The notes under the pieces were generated by a model. That model worked only from the letters and a program-made list of their open reading frames with translations. It did not search any database and was not told where the DNA came from. 64,000 nucleotides of DNA from a bacterium (lineage in GTDB: Bacteria > SM23-31), in NCBI GenBank assembly GCA_965249485.1, contig OZ252239.1, positions 1,440,001 to 1,504,000 of the forward strand, written 5' to 3'. Shown here in pieces: positions 1-10,058 of the stretch (positions within the stretch are counted from its first letter, which is position 1; every line of letters starts with the position of its first letter). The translations under genes and the position numbers were made by a program.

Positions 1-2984
1 CTTAGCCTGGGAATAAAGAGTCAGTCGGACGGTGGTGGTGCCGATATTGACCTGCCTGACGAGACTCCGGTTACCTTCAGTATCGTACAGTCAGGAATTG
101 ACCTTACCGCAACGTCGCTGAGCAACAATTTTACTCACGCCATCGATGTGCAGGTTACCATAATCTTCACGACTACCACGCCGCTTGTATCGACGAATGA
201 GATTTCTGTCACGTTTCCAGCCGGTTTCGACGTCAGCGGCGCAGCAATTAACGCAGTAGGAACGGTTACATCGGGGAGCGATCCGACTGTAGAACCAGTT
301 GCAGGTCAGGTGATTACTTTGAATGTGCCGGACGCATGGTCTACCGGTTCGCAGACCATTGTTCTGACGGGGATTGACAATCCAATCTCTGCATCCTCCG
401 GAATATACCTGACAGTCGTATCGCAGACTGACGGAGCGGCGCTGACGTTGGATATAGCCGACCGCAGTCCTCCGACATTCGACATTAACCAGTCGTTCAT
501 CAATCTTACGAGCACTACATTAAGCAATTCTTTTGAGAATGCGACCAACGTGATTACGACGTTTAAATTTACTAACACAACACCGTTGGTATCAACGGAC
601 GAGATCGAGGTTTCGCTTCCTGCCGGATTTCGTTTCGTGAATCCTACCATCGATACATCGGCTAGCACGGTAAAGAGTGATACATACCCGGTTATTGAGA
701 GTTCAATAGATAGTATTGTCATCTTGTCCATCCCTGACTCTCTGCTCGCAGGTTCTCAGACGCTTGAACTGACGGGCGTTGTCAATCCTGACACAGCTGC
801 TGAAAATATTTTTCTGAATGTCATAACGCAGACAGACGGGGGAGCACTGGCACTCGACTTTGCGGACCAGACACCTTTCACCTTTGGAGTGGGAGTTATA
901 TTGTCACTTGAATCAATTGAAACACAGAGTATCATTCCCGGAAAAACATTATCATTTCAATTAAATGCAACCTTGACAAACTAATGAAAGTACGATCATT
1001 TACCTCCAATTTACCTGATGATGCAGATGTTTCTTTCAATTCAAGTTCTGGATTGTTGACGTGGCAAACCGATTTCGAATCATCGGGATCATACCTTATA
1101 ACATTCACGGTTACAGACGGAACATTAAGCGCAACGAAATCGATCACACTGACTGTCAGTGACTTCGATTTGACAGCAGGTAATAATTTTGAACCTGATA
1201 CGTCGATTATAATGGGTGACGATGGCGGAATTGTACAAATCGGCGGTGGCGGTCTTTATACCAAGCATAAAGTAGATATTCCGCCCGATGCACTCCCGAA
1301 TGACCGGACAATTATTGTCCGGCCTGTATCAACCGATGACATCCCTCTTGCCGATCTTGCACGAGTACCTTCTGCGGTTAACTTTATTGTTGAAGGATTT
1401 GAAAGCGGTTTTACCTTTGACGATTCGGTAGAGATAACGATTGAATTTCAGGATGTTGAAATTGAAAATGACGAATCTAATATGCGTGTCCATATTTGAG
1501 ATTCTGTGTTAGAGTTATGGAAAAGATTGCGGGGCGACCACACTATCGATTTAGTCGCAAATACTGTCTCAATCAAAACAAACCACTTCTCTATTTTTGG
1601 AGTACTTGAGATAGAAGAATCTTCTGAATCATCACCGATATCGATCGGCTGGAATATGGTCAGTATACCTCTTGACCCGGACGACATCGATGATCCGCGC
1701 GATATTTTTGCAGACGACATTAAGTCGTTCAAGTTTGAAGAGAAGAATTCAAGCATTTATGAATACACTGAATCGACAGACTCATGGACGGTACCATCTG
1801 CTATCGAGAACGGTACCGGCTATATTCTTTATGGATTCAAAAGCGGTGATGTTGGGGTTGACGGTTTTAAAGAGACGGGAGATATATCACATTCTCTGAG
1901 TTTGACAAACAGCAACGGTTGGCATCTGCTCGGTAATCCGTATAGCGTTGCTATCGATTGGGACAGTGACATGACACTCGGTGGTGGCATCAGCACTACC
2001 TACTACCGGTGGACCGGTACGGAATACAAATTTTATCCCGGGGGCGGCCTTACCGCTGCCATAGCACCATGGGAAGGGTTCTTTGTCAATACGTCAGTGG
2101 ACGCGGAATCGTTTGACATTACCTATCCCGGCGTAAGTAAACGGTCGAACGATGACGAAACTATCCTGGACTGGCGAATCAGGTTCATTGCCAAGAGTGG
2201 TGACGTAGAAGACAGCCAGACCTATATCGGTATTTCCGATTTAGCCAATGCTGAGTACGATGAATTCGATAACTATGAGCTTGCATCTTTAAACGATGAA
2301 TTCGTATCGGTCTATTTTCCCCATACAGCATGGAGTCTCCGTCCGGGTAATTACACACAGGACATTCGTGTCATGCAGGGTAGTTCTCTAGAATGGACAA
2401 TGGCTGTTGCCGCACGGTCAACCACCGGAGCTGTTACACTGAACTGGACTCTGCCCGATGCAATAGATTCAGACTTCGATATAGTCTTAAATAACAACCG
2501 GACACAGGAAGCCATCGATATGCGTGAGCGGATCTCGTATACCTTCACGATACCCGTTGTGTCACAAAAGAGTTCGTCTGAGAAGCGTGCTCTCAGCCCT
2601 GACCCGATAGATATGACTCCGAAACTGAGTCAGGACGGCACGCATATTGAGTACTTTACAATAACACTCAGTACAGCAACAGACCAGGAATCAGCACTCA
2701 TTCCAACAACATACTATCTCAACCAGAACTATCCGAATCCGTTTAACCCTTCGACTACAATTGAATACGGACTTCCCGAATCGGGCCAGGTGGAACTGAC
2801 GATATTCAACGCACTCGGCCAAAAGGTAATGACGTTGGTCAACAAGGACCAGCAGGCGGGGATTCACCGTGTCGTATGGAATGGAACGAATGACCGGGGT
2901 ATTCGTGTAGCGTCCGGGATGTATTTATACCGGATCAAGGCGAATGGAACGACGAATATAAAGCGTTTACTCCTTATAAAATAG
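1..2984 (+). CDS. Large secreted/surface protein, 5'-truncated by the window edge: ~134-aa tandem beta-rich repeats, cadherin/Ig-like domain, ZU5-like region and C-terminal FlgD-Ig/T9SS-type sorting domain; interrupted by a frameshift (~984) and an in-frame TGA (1497-1499)
   Basis: Frame 1 is open from base 1 to 984. ORFs 984..1499 and 1506..2984 share a frame and are separated only by TGA in MRVHI*DSVLELW. The C-terminus YLNQNYPNPFNPSTTIEYGLP...GMYLYRIKA...KRLLLIK is the typical FCB secretion-type tail. The downstream pieces lack signal peptides, which argues for one gene. Confidence 0.75.
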
Positions 2985-2996
2985 GAACGATCAATA

Positions 2997-3191
2997 ATGA
3001 AGAACTCTCTATACATAGTACTCACTATGACACTTCTGGGAGCACTCGCTCTCATTACAGGTTCAATAGATTCAGTGTTCGCCCAGCCCCCCGCTCCACC
3101 GGCTGCTCCTTCGGCACCGATCCCCTGGGGTGATCCGTTCATCTATACCGCTATAATCTTTGGGTACGGCTTATATAAATTAAGAAAATAA
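2997..3191 (+). CDS. Small exported protein with Pro-rich linker and C-terminal membrane anchor (PID-CTERM-like)
   Basis: Signal peptide ending VFA-Q, then PPAPPAAPSAP, then PIPWGDP, a hydrophobic helix with GYG and a basic tail KLRK; 12 nt after the surface protein stop. Confidence 0.7.
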   Translation: MKNSLYIVLTMTLLGALALITGSIDSVFAQPPAPPAAPSAPIPWGDPFIYTAIIFGYGLYKLRK

Positions 3192-3613
3192 CACACGTAA
3201 ACCCTTCTCTTCATGTACTACCACACGTCCACTTTTTGCACTGTTTGAAGAGCATAACTTTAATGTATAATCTCCCCTCTCATTTCATCTCTGTTCCAGC
3301 AGGAATATTCGTCGCTTCTATCCACTCGAATTAAATAACCCATACAAGCAAATTAAGTTTGAATCGCTATCTATACTATATGCTCTTGGGGAGTTGTTTG
3401 GTAAGGCGACGAACGGAAAAGATTGAAAAATCCTAACTGTGGAAGAATGAATCAAACAACAAACGATGCATTTACGATGTGTCTAAAATCTGAAAAAGGA
3501 GGGGGGGGAATTCCTGGAAATATAAAAAGTATCTCTTAAATTATTAACAAATACTGTCCAACGTGTTCTGACGATGTGCAAATAGATAAAAGGACTTTGA
3601 ACATAACCTGCTT

Positions 3614-4945
3614 TTAAAGAGATTCTTTTTCTGGAGCAATATTTTTACTCGGTTGAACCTTATTAGTCACTTCTTTTATCTCGTGGTAATGTTCTTTGTA
3701 GAATTGTAAAAGGTGTGCAGTTGCCAAGATACATCGCGCATATTTACCTTCTTCAAACCCTTCGGTTTTCTGAACTATCGATACGGCTTTGAGAGATGTT
3801 TCGTAGTGTTCACAATCATTGCAATGGCTTTTACAAAGAAAAAGTGTTGGACTTTTAAATCCGGTCATCGGGTAGGGACGTGCATGATTTCCGCCGTTAA
3901 ATGTGCACATTTTTTGAAGAGTGTCCATTTCCTCGTAGAAATCGAATATATGGTTAAATTGCAATGCAAGAGTCAGGGCTTTTACGACAACCGTGTTCAA
4001 TTTGTTTTGAAGGGCCATGACATTCATATTATCAATAATACCGGAAATTTTTGATATTTCCTTAAATAGACCGGTTTCACGTAGAACATAACGATCAATG
4101 ACAATAATAAAATTTGCTATGAGATTGCCCGGATCAGTATTGTTGAGCAGAAATTCTTTTTTCCCCTTATTAAAATGAAAATCATTTATGTATTTCAATC
4201 CCAGAACAGAGTTTTTGGTCAATGTAATGCCTTGGAGATACTCATAGCTATTTAAATTGGCTTTTCGGTATAATCCCTGGAAGTGTGTGGGGCCTTCCCT
4301 AACCATGTCATTTATAGAGATTATTGAGCCCATAGAATAAAACAGCGCAGCCGTTACGAGATCGATGTAATCAGCCTGTTCGAGTGAAATTTCTTCCTGG
4401 ATTTGCGGACTCAAGGCTAAAGCATATGACAGGGTTGCGACGGAAAACGCTTGATTTAAAAATAAAGCGGCAGATTTATTTGGACAGGATTCTATAGTAT
4501 ACACCATTTTATATGCCGTAAGCAATAGTGCTTCGTCGCTGAAGAAGTCATTGAAGAATGCGAGGATTTTTTCTTTGTTAGTAGTCAGGAATTTAGAATG
4601 AATTTTATGCATTGCGCGGTGTGTGAGCAGTTTACCGACCCGTTTCAAAAGTTCAAGCTTAAACTTATCCATCAATTGGTCGCTACGTTTAATTTTTAAA
4701 TTCATCTCCCGTTTTGGATTACCCGCTTGAATATCGAGCAACCTTGCAATCTTATAGGGAGTAATCAATGTGCCGTTCGTGTAAAGCGTTACACCTTTGT
4801 CGGTTAACAGATCTTGTGCAAGGATTAACCCGTTATTAAAATCATCCTGACGTTTCGACTTGTAGTGGGACAATTTTATGAGAGAATCCAAACCGGTGAT
4901 ATCAATAATATCACTTTCTGGAGAAAATGTATCGAGAATGCTCAT
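3614..4945 (-). CDS. Hypothetical protein, degenerate HD-GYP-like with Cys-rich C-terminus
   Basis: 443-aa ORF. GLILAQDLLTDKGVTLYTNGTLIT resembles the N-terminal module of HD-GYP proteins. AALFYSMG sits where AALLHDIG would be. Five Cys lie in the last ~100 aa. Confidence 0.55.
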   Translation of the reverse strand: MSILDTFSPESDIIDITGLDSLIKLSHYKSKRQDDFNNGLILAQDLLTDKGVTLYTNGTLITPYKIARLLDIQAGNPKREMNLKIKRSDQLMDKFKLELLKRVGKLLTHRAMHKIHSKFLTTNKEKILAFFNDFFSDEALLLTAYKMVYTIESCPNKSAALFLNQAFSVATLSYALALSPQIQEEISLEQADYIDLVTAALFYSMGSIISINDMVREGPTHFQGLYRKANLNSYEYLQGITLTKNSVLGLKYINDFHFNKGKKEFLLNNTDPGNLIANFIIVIDRYVLRETGLFKEISKISGIIDNMNVMALQNKLNTVVVKALTLALQFNHIFDFYEEMDTLQKMCTFNGGNHARPYPMTGFKSPTLFLCKSHCNDCEHYETSLKAVSIVQKTEGFEEGKYARCILATAHLLQFYKEHYHEIKEVTNKVQPSKNIAPEKESL

Positions 4946-5029
4946 ATAAGTTTTAAATTTGATTTAAATGAATTGAAATAATATAAAAAGATTTTGATAA
5001 AAGCTATTAAATTTACCGATTTGTTTTTT

Positions 5030-5593
5030 TTAAATATTAGAAAATATCTCCTCCAATATTTTCTTAATATTAAACGGCTTGAAGAGAACTCTCTCGGCAC
5101 CGACGGACATTGCATTTTCAACATTCTCATCATTTCCATAGCCAGTAATGATTACAACTTTTATGTGCTTAGTTCGAGGATTACTTTTTATTAATTCACA
5201 TACTTTGAAGCCATCCAACTTTGGCATCATAAGATCAAGAAATATAATATCGGGCATTATTTGTAATACAAGCAGACCTGCTTCAAAACCGTCTTTTGCA
5301 GTTGTTACATCTAAATTGTAATTTGTTGATTGCAAAGTATCGACCATCATTGCACGTATATCAGGATCATCATCAATAATCATAACCTTATATCTTTGCT
5401 GACCGATATCGTCAATAAATGGAAAATTGTTTTCTTTCATAAAATCAATAAGATCATCTTTAACTATTCTATTATGACCGCCAGGTGTTTTATATGATTT
5501 GAGCTTTCCTAATTTAATCCACCTGTTTATAGACATAAAACTTGTTTTACAAATTTTTGCAGCTTGGTAAGTTGTAAAAACTTCTTGTTCCAT
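5030..5593 (-). CDS. Response regulator: N-terminal excisionase-like helix-turn-helix plus receiver domain
   Basis: FTTYQAAKIC...WIKLGKLKSYKTPGGHNRI (HTH_17-like), followed by VMIIDDD...DLMMPKLDG...ITG...FKP receiver motifs. ATG at 5593 chosen over TTG at 5602. Confidence 0.85.
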   Translation of the reverse strand: MEQEVFTTYQAAKICKTSFMSINRWIKLGKLKSYKTPGGHNRIVKDDLIDFMKENNFPFIDDIGQQRYKVMIIDDDPDIRAMMVDTLQSTNYNLDVTTAKDGFEAGLLVLQIMPDIIFLDLMMPKLDGFKVCELIKSNPRTKHIKVVIITGYGNDENVENAMSVGAERVLFKPFNIKKILEEIFSNI

Positions 5594-5637
5594 TGAATTC
5601 AATTTTATTTGTTAAGTATATTAAGATTATTAAGTAA

Positions 5638-5666
5638 TTTATACAATTTTACAATAAGAAAGTCAA
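5638..5666 (-). promoter_or_regulatory. Putative sigma70 promoter of the response regulator
   Basis: Minus strand TTGACT-N17-TATAAA, ~45 nt upstream of the ATG. Confidence 0.5.
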
Positions 5667-5933
5667 GCCTTATTTACCTTCTGAATCGATTTAGAATATC
5701 TTGAACAGATTAAATCTTACTATTAAGATACAGTTTTGCTTTTGTTAGAGTGTTCTGACAATGTACTGAGTAACACAGATTATTCAAAAAGTTATAATTC
5801 AGTAATTTGTGAACAATACTCTTAGTAATTGAATTTTGAAATATATTTTTCTGTGCATATATTTAGTATCTCTTGATAATCGAAGGTTTGTTTGGTTAAT
5901 TAACAGTACTATAATAAGCAGGTTGAGGATATT

Positions 5934-6317
5934 ATGGAAAAAAATGTTGTAGGTTGGTTTGAAATTCCTGTATTAGAAATGGATAGAGCTATAAAATTCT
6001 ACGAGACAGTTTTTGGATATACATTGGAGAGACATACATTACCTCAGATTGACATGGCTTGGTTTCCCATGAATCCTGATGGAATGGGTGCAATGGGTTC
6101 CCTTGTTTATAACGAAAAGTTCTACAAGCCATCCACAAACGGAACGTTAGTTTACTTTACTGCAATCAGTGGTGATTTGGACAACGAACTACGCAAGGTT
6201 GAGAGTGCCGGTGGTAAGGTTACGATTCAAAAAACTAAAATCAGTGATGATCATGGATTCATGGCAAAGTTTATAGATACAGAGGGTAACGGAATTGCTA
6301 TTCACTCAAGAAAATAA
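5934..6317 (+). CDS. VOC family (glyoxalase/bleomycin-resistance-like) protein
   Basis: VGWFEIPV..MDRAIKFYETVFG and FIDTEGNGIAIHS motifs; GAGG RBS. Confidence 0.9.
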   Translation: MEKNVVGWFEIPVLEMDRAIKFYETVFGYTLERHTLPQIDMAWFPMNPDGMGAMGSLVYNEKFYKPSTNGTLVYFTAISGDLDNELRKVESAGGKVTIQKTKISDDHGFMAKFIDTEGNGIAIHSRK

Positions 6318-6340
6318 CGTTTAGAATACAAAGCTACGGT

Positions 6341-6900
6341 ATGGAAACAACAACAATAACCGCTTTTAACAGAAATGATTTTAGAAAGTGGTTAGAGGAA
6401 AATCACAACAAAGAAACTAAAGTTGGTATTATTTTGTGTAAACGGCACACTGGAAAACCAGCGCCTACTCACCGGGAGTTAATAGAAGAAGCGATTTGTT
6501 TTGGTTGGATTGATACAATTATCAAGAAATTGGATGACGATAGGTATTTGAGATATTTTTCAAGACGCAATAGCAATAGTAAATGGAGCGATAATACTTT
6601 AGGTTACCAAAAAAACTAATAAAAGATGGGAATATGACTCCTGAGGGTTTAAAGTTTTACAAACTTGGACTCAAAAAACCTACACATGATGATGGAATTC
6701 CAAAGAACCCCACAATGCCTCTTGAACTGAAAAGTGCCTTGTCAAACGATACAAAAGCTAAAGATATTTTTGATACATATCCTCCTTCTAAAAAGAAGAT
6801 GTTATATAGATGGATACTTCGTGCTAAGTTACCGGAAACACGTAAAAAAAGAGTTGCTACAGTTCTTAAGTCTACACATGACGGTACAAGTATATTTTAA
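6341..6900 (+). pseudogene. YdeI/OmpD-associated family protein, frameshifted in an A-run near 6610
   Basis: FRKWLEENH...EEAICFGWID...FSRR..SKWS (6341..6619) continues as MTPEG...LYRWILRAKLPETRKKR (6634..6900) in another frame. Confidence 0.8.
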
Positions 6901-7118
6901 TAATTTTACAATTAACAATACATTCAAATTATCAATTGTCCTGAATATACTGTTCTTCAATTCAGATCTGTACTAAGCATTTTAGAACTAGTGAGTATTA
7001 CGCAGATGATACTAATATCTTAAGAGGAAAGAATCATTATTCATTTAATTGAGCACGATATATATACAGACACGATTGTGCTTCTTTATCTTCTCATTGC
7101 CCCCATACCGTTTTCCTC

Positions 7119-7147
7119 TTGAATTTCCCCCTTAAATGTGTTATTCT
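7119..7147 (+). promoter_or_regulatory. Putative sigma70 promoter of ilvB
   Basis: TTGAAT-N17-TATTCT, ~75 nt before the ATG. Confidence 0.4.
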
Positions 7148-7221
7148 ATACCTCTGTTTTCAAACCGCTTATCTTCGGTTGAAACTGACAGGGTGTTATT
7201 ATAACGAAACAGGTTTTATAC

Positions 7222-8952
7222 ATGGGTTCCACAAATCAGAATACGGTCACCGCAGTACGGGAAGTGCTTGGACACGATCTCGTTGCAGAGTGGTTGAGTG
7301 CACATGATGTTGAGGCAGTGTTCAGCCTCCAGGGTGGTACTATAATGCCCGCAATGGATGCGGTGTACCGTGCAAAACTGCCACAATACTTTTTTATTAG
7401 AGAAGACGGTGCTGGATTCGCCGCACTCGGCTATGCAAAAGCATTAAATAAACCGGGTGTTCTCATGGTGAGTTCTGGGCCTGGTGCGACAAATACTGTT
7501 ACGCCGATATCTGATGCAATGCGTGACTGTATTCCGCTTGTTGTTTTTACCGGTCAGGTACCAACCACTGCCAAGGACACCGACGCATTTCAGGAAACCG
7601 ATATTACAAGTATTGTCGCGCCCATCACGAAAAAAACTTTTTATGTGGATTCCATCGAATCGCTGGAATCAGTGCTCGTCGAGGCATTTTCAATCGCGGT
7701 TAGCGGCAGACCTGGTCCAGTATTGATTGACCTGCCCAAAGATGTACAGTTCGATAAAACTGGCATGTCGTTTCCGGTTGAGCCATATACAAACAGTGTA
7801 GTTGAAGTTTCGTTCGATCCCGATAATAATTTCGATAAAGTTATCAATGCAATAAACAAAGCAAAAAAACCGGTCATCATTGCCGGTCATGGACTGATAT
7901 TGTCTCAGGCGACAGAACAGTTCCGTGAATTTGTTGATGCCACCGGTATTCCCGTTGTCCACACACTTCCGGCCAAAGAAGTGCTTCCGACAAAGCATCC
8001 CAATAATTTTGGTATGCTTGGTATGCACGGTGTCTATGCAGCGAGTGCTGCAGTCGAATATTGTGATCTCGTAATTTCTTTGGGCTCCCGGTTTGATGAC
8101 CGGATTACTGGAAACCCGAAGTTTTTTGCACCGGAGGCACAACACTTGATCCACTTTGACATCGACAAAGGGCAGATCGAGAAAGTACTGCCCGACCGGA
8201 AGCTTGCTGTTATCTGTGACTTGCAAGAGGGGATGAATGCCTTGTGTGAAAATGCCGGCTCGATAAAATACAAGGACACTTATTATCAATGGAGCAAAGA
8301 ACTCCGAACATTGCAGTCAGAACATCCGCATCCCAAAAGTCAATTTGCAGATTCAGACCTGCTCGACATTGGATATGTGTTTGAGACGCTGAATACGGTG
8401 ATCGACGAAAATAAACGTGATGAAATTTTTGTCACGGAAATCGGTCAACACCAGATGTGGTCATCACAAAGGCTTGTGACGGATGAGTCGAATATATTTC
8501 TCAGTTCTACGGGGCAGGGAGCAATGGGATCAGGATTCCCTCAGGCGATTGGTGCACAGATAGCATGTCCCGGCAGGCAGGTCATCTGCCTTGCTGGTGA
8601 CGGTAGTTTCAGGCTCAACAGCCCTGAACTCGAAACCATTGTCCGGTATAATCTCCCGGTAAAGATATGTATCTTCAATAATGGCGGTTATGGAATTGTA
8701 CGTCAATGGAACGAGACCTTCTTTGACAAACGGCTTGTCGGCGTCCTCCATCATGGATTTGATTTTGTCGGAGTAGCCCGGACATTCGGCATTGAAGGTT
8801 CAACCGTCGAATACAAAAAAGACCTCGAGCAAAGCTTCAAAAAAGCTTTTAATCATAAAGGCCCCTATATGCTGGAGATGAGAACCCCGTGGGAACCATG
8901 CCTCCCATTTGTCCCTCCGGGCACAAGTTTTTCCGAAATTATCGAAAAGTGA
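7222..8952 (+). CDS. ilvB: Acetolactate synthase large subunit (ThDP-dependent)
   Basis: SSGPGATN, TGQV, DAFQETD, SGRPGPVLIDLPKD, GMLGMHG, RFDDR, GQHQMW and the GDGSF...NNGGYGIVRQW ThDP motif. Confidence 0.88.
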   Translation: MGSTNQNTVTAVREVLGHDLVAEWLSAHDVEAVFSLQGGTIMPAMDAVYRAKLPQYFFIREDGAGFAALGYAKALNKPGVLMVSSGPGATNTVTPISDAMRDCIPLVVFTGQVPTTAKDTDAFQETDITSIVAPITKKTFYVDSIESLESVLVEAFSIAVSGRPGPVLIDLPKDVQFDKTGMSFPVEPYTNSVVEVSFDPDNNFDKVINAINKAKKPVIIAGHGLILSQATEQFREFVDATGIPVVHTLPAKEVLPTKHPNNFGMLGMHGVYAASAAVEYCDLVISLGSRFDDRITGNPKFFAPEAQHLIHFDIDKGQIEKVLPDRKLAVICDLQEGMNALCENAGSIKYKDTYYQWSKELRTLQSEHPHPKSQFADSDLLDIGYVFETLNTVIDENKRDEIFVTEIGQHQMWSSQRLVTDESNIFLSSTGQGAMGSGFPQAIGAQIACPGRQVICLAGDGSFRLNSPELETIVRYNLPVKICIFNNGGYGIVRQWNETFFDKRLVGVLHHGFDFVGVARTFGIEGSTVEYKKDLEQSFKKAFNHKGPYMLEMRTPWEPCLPFVPPGTSFSEIIEK

Positions 8953-8987
8953 CACTTTCCGTTTCAGCCTCGTAACACCATCTTTAT

Positions 8988-9845
8988 TTATTTGCAAACC
9001 TGTCCGAGATCGTTGAGCGATTCGGGAAAATAGCGCTCTATTATTTCATAGATAGCCGGGTCTATCTGCCGTAATTCCTCGCGGGTACCGGAACGGGGCC
9101 CCTGTTCTCCGATACCATAGTGCATCCATGGTCCGGGGAAATACTCATTGAGATCATAATAAGCATTCACCCTGAATGTAAAATACTCATCATCAACGTA
9201 AGCATCGAAGGGCATAATATCTTCAAGCGGCTCATTGGCAGGAGGGATAAAAGTACCATTTTCGACCGCTACTAAAAATGCTGCATAGATTTCATCGATG
9301 ACCTCCGGTTCCGTAGTGGGTAAACCGAGGTTGTGGATATCGTGTACAAATTCGTGCAGAAGAAAATTAGAGATGTAATCTGGATTGTCTTCATAACATA
9401 TCCCTTTTTCCCAGACAAGTGTAGAAGGAGAGCCTGGCATCTGTCCGAGACCCCACTCACCATCACTATTCGGGCCGTATTCCGGAAGATCAGAAGCAGT
9501 TTGATCATGAGCCATAATGGATATTCTTGGATGATGCTGTAGAATTGCTTCATGGACATCGGGTCGTTTACTCGTGAGATGAAGGATAGTTTTTCGTGCA
9601 GCCAGAAGAGCAGCATCGGACACCTTTTCCGACCCTACAATGACCACACCATTAGCAGTAATGTATTTTTTGTAAAATGGATCAACATCCTGCGGTGGAT
9701 CGATAACATTGTCACCCGTTTCAACAACCGAAAACGGTACGAATTGCGAATCATCACCATCAACTGCCTGCTGATTCTGGCTACCGCATTGAAAAAGCAG
9801 TATTCCTGAAACAAAAATTGCAGCACATAATGTTAAAAACTTCAT
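8988..9845 (-). CDS. Putative lipoprotein zinc metallopeptidase (HEXXH)
   Basis: Signal peptide with LLFQC lipobox-like site; LLHEFVHDIH motif; downstream DEYF as a possible third-ligand Glu. Confidence 0.65.
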   Translation of the reverse strand: MKFLTLCAAIFVSGILLFQCGSQNQQAVDGDDSQFVPFSVVETGDNVIDPPQDVDPFYKKYITANGVVIVGSEKVSDAALLAARKTILHLTSKRPDVHEAILQHHPRISIMAHDQTASDLPEYGPNSDGEWGLGQMPGSPSTLVWEKGICYEDNPDYISNFLLHEFVHDIHNLGLPTTEPEVIDEIYAAFLVAVENGTFIPPANEPLEDIMPFDAYVDDEYFTFRVNAYYDLNEYFPGPWMHYGIGEQGPRSGTREELRQIDPAIYEIIERYFPESLNDLGQVCK

Positions 9846-10058
9846 TGATAACTCCTGTTAAGTGGATTATTTACAACATTAGAAAATTCTATGAATAATA
9901 TCAACAACATTTGGTATTACAAGCAATGAATCGGATTACATATTATCTTAAGAGACGGAACATTTAATGCAATGTTTTTGTATATTCTTTTTTATATTTG
10001 TTATTGACATAACGTGGGATCGTGAGTTATCGAAAAAATATATCGGGAGGTGATAATA

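Noticed and set aside
1497..1499. Selenocysteine at in-frame TGA codons (also 17594)
   Set aside because: The contexts fit Trp and Arg rather than Cys, and I saw no convincing SECIS-like hairpin immediately downstream.
3501..3508. G8 tract as a phase-variation switch
   Set aside because: It lies between convergent gene ends, outside any ORF or evident promoter.
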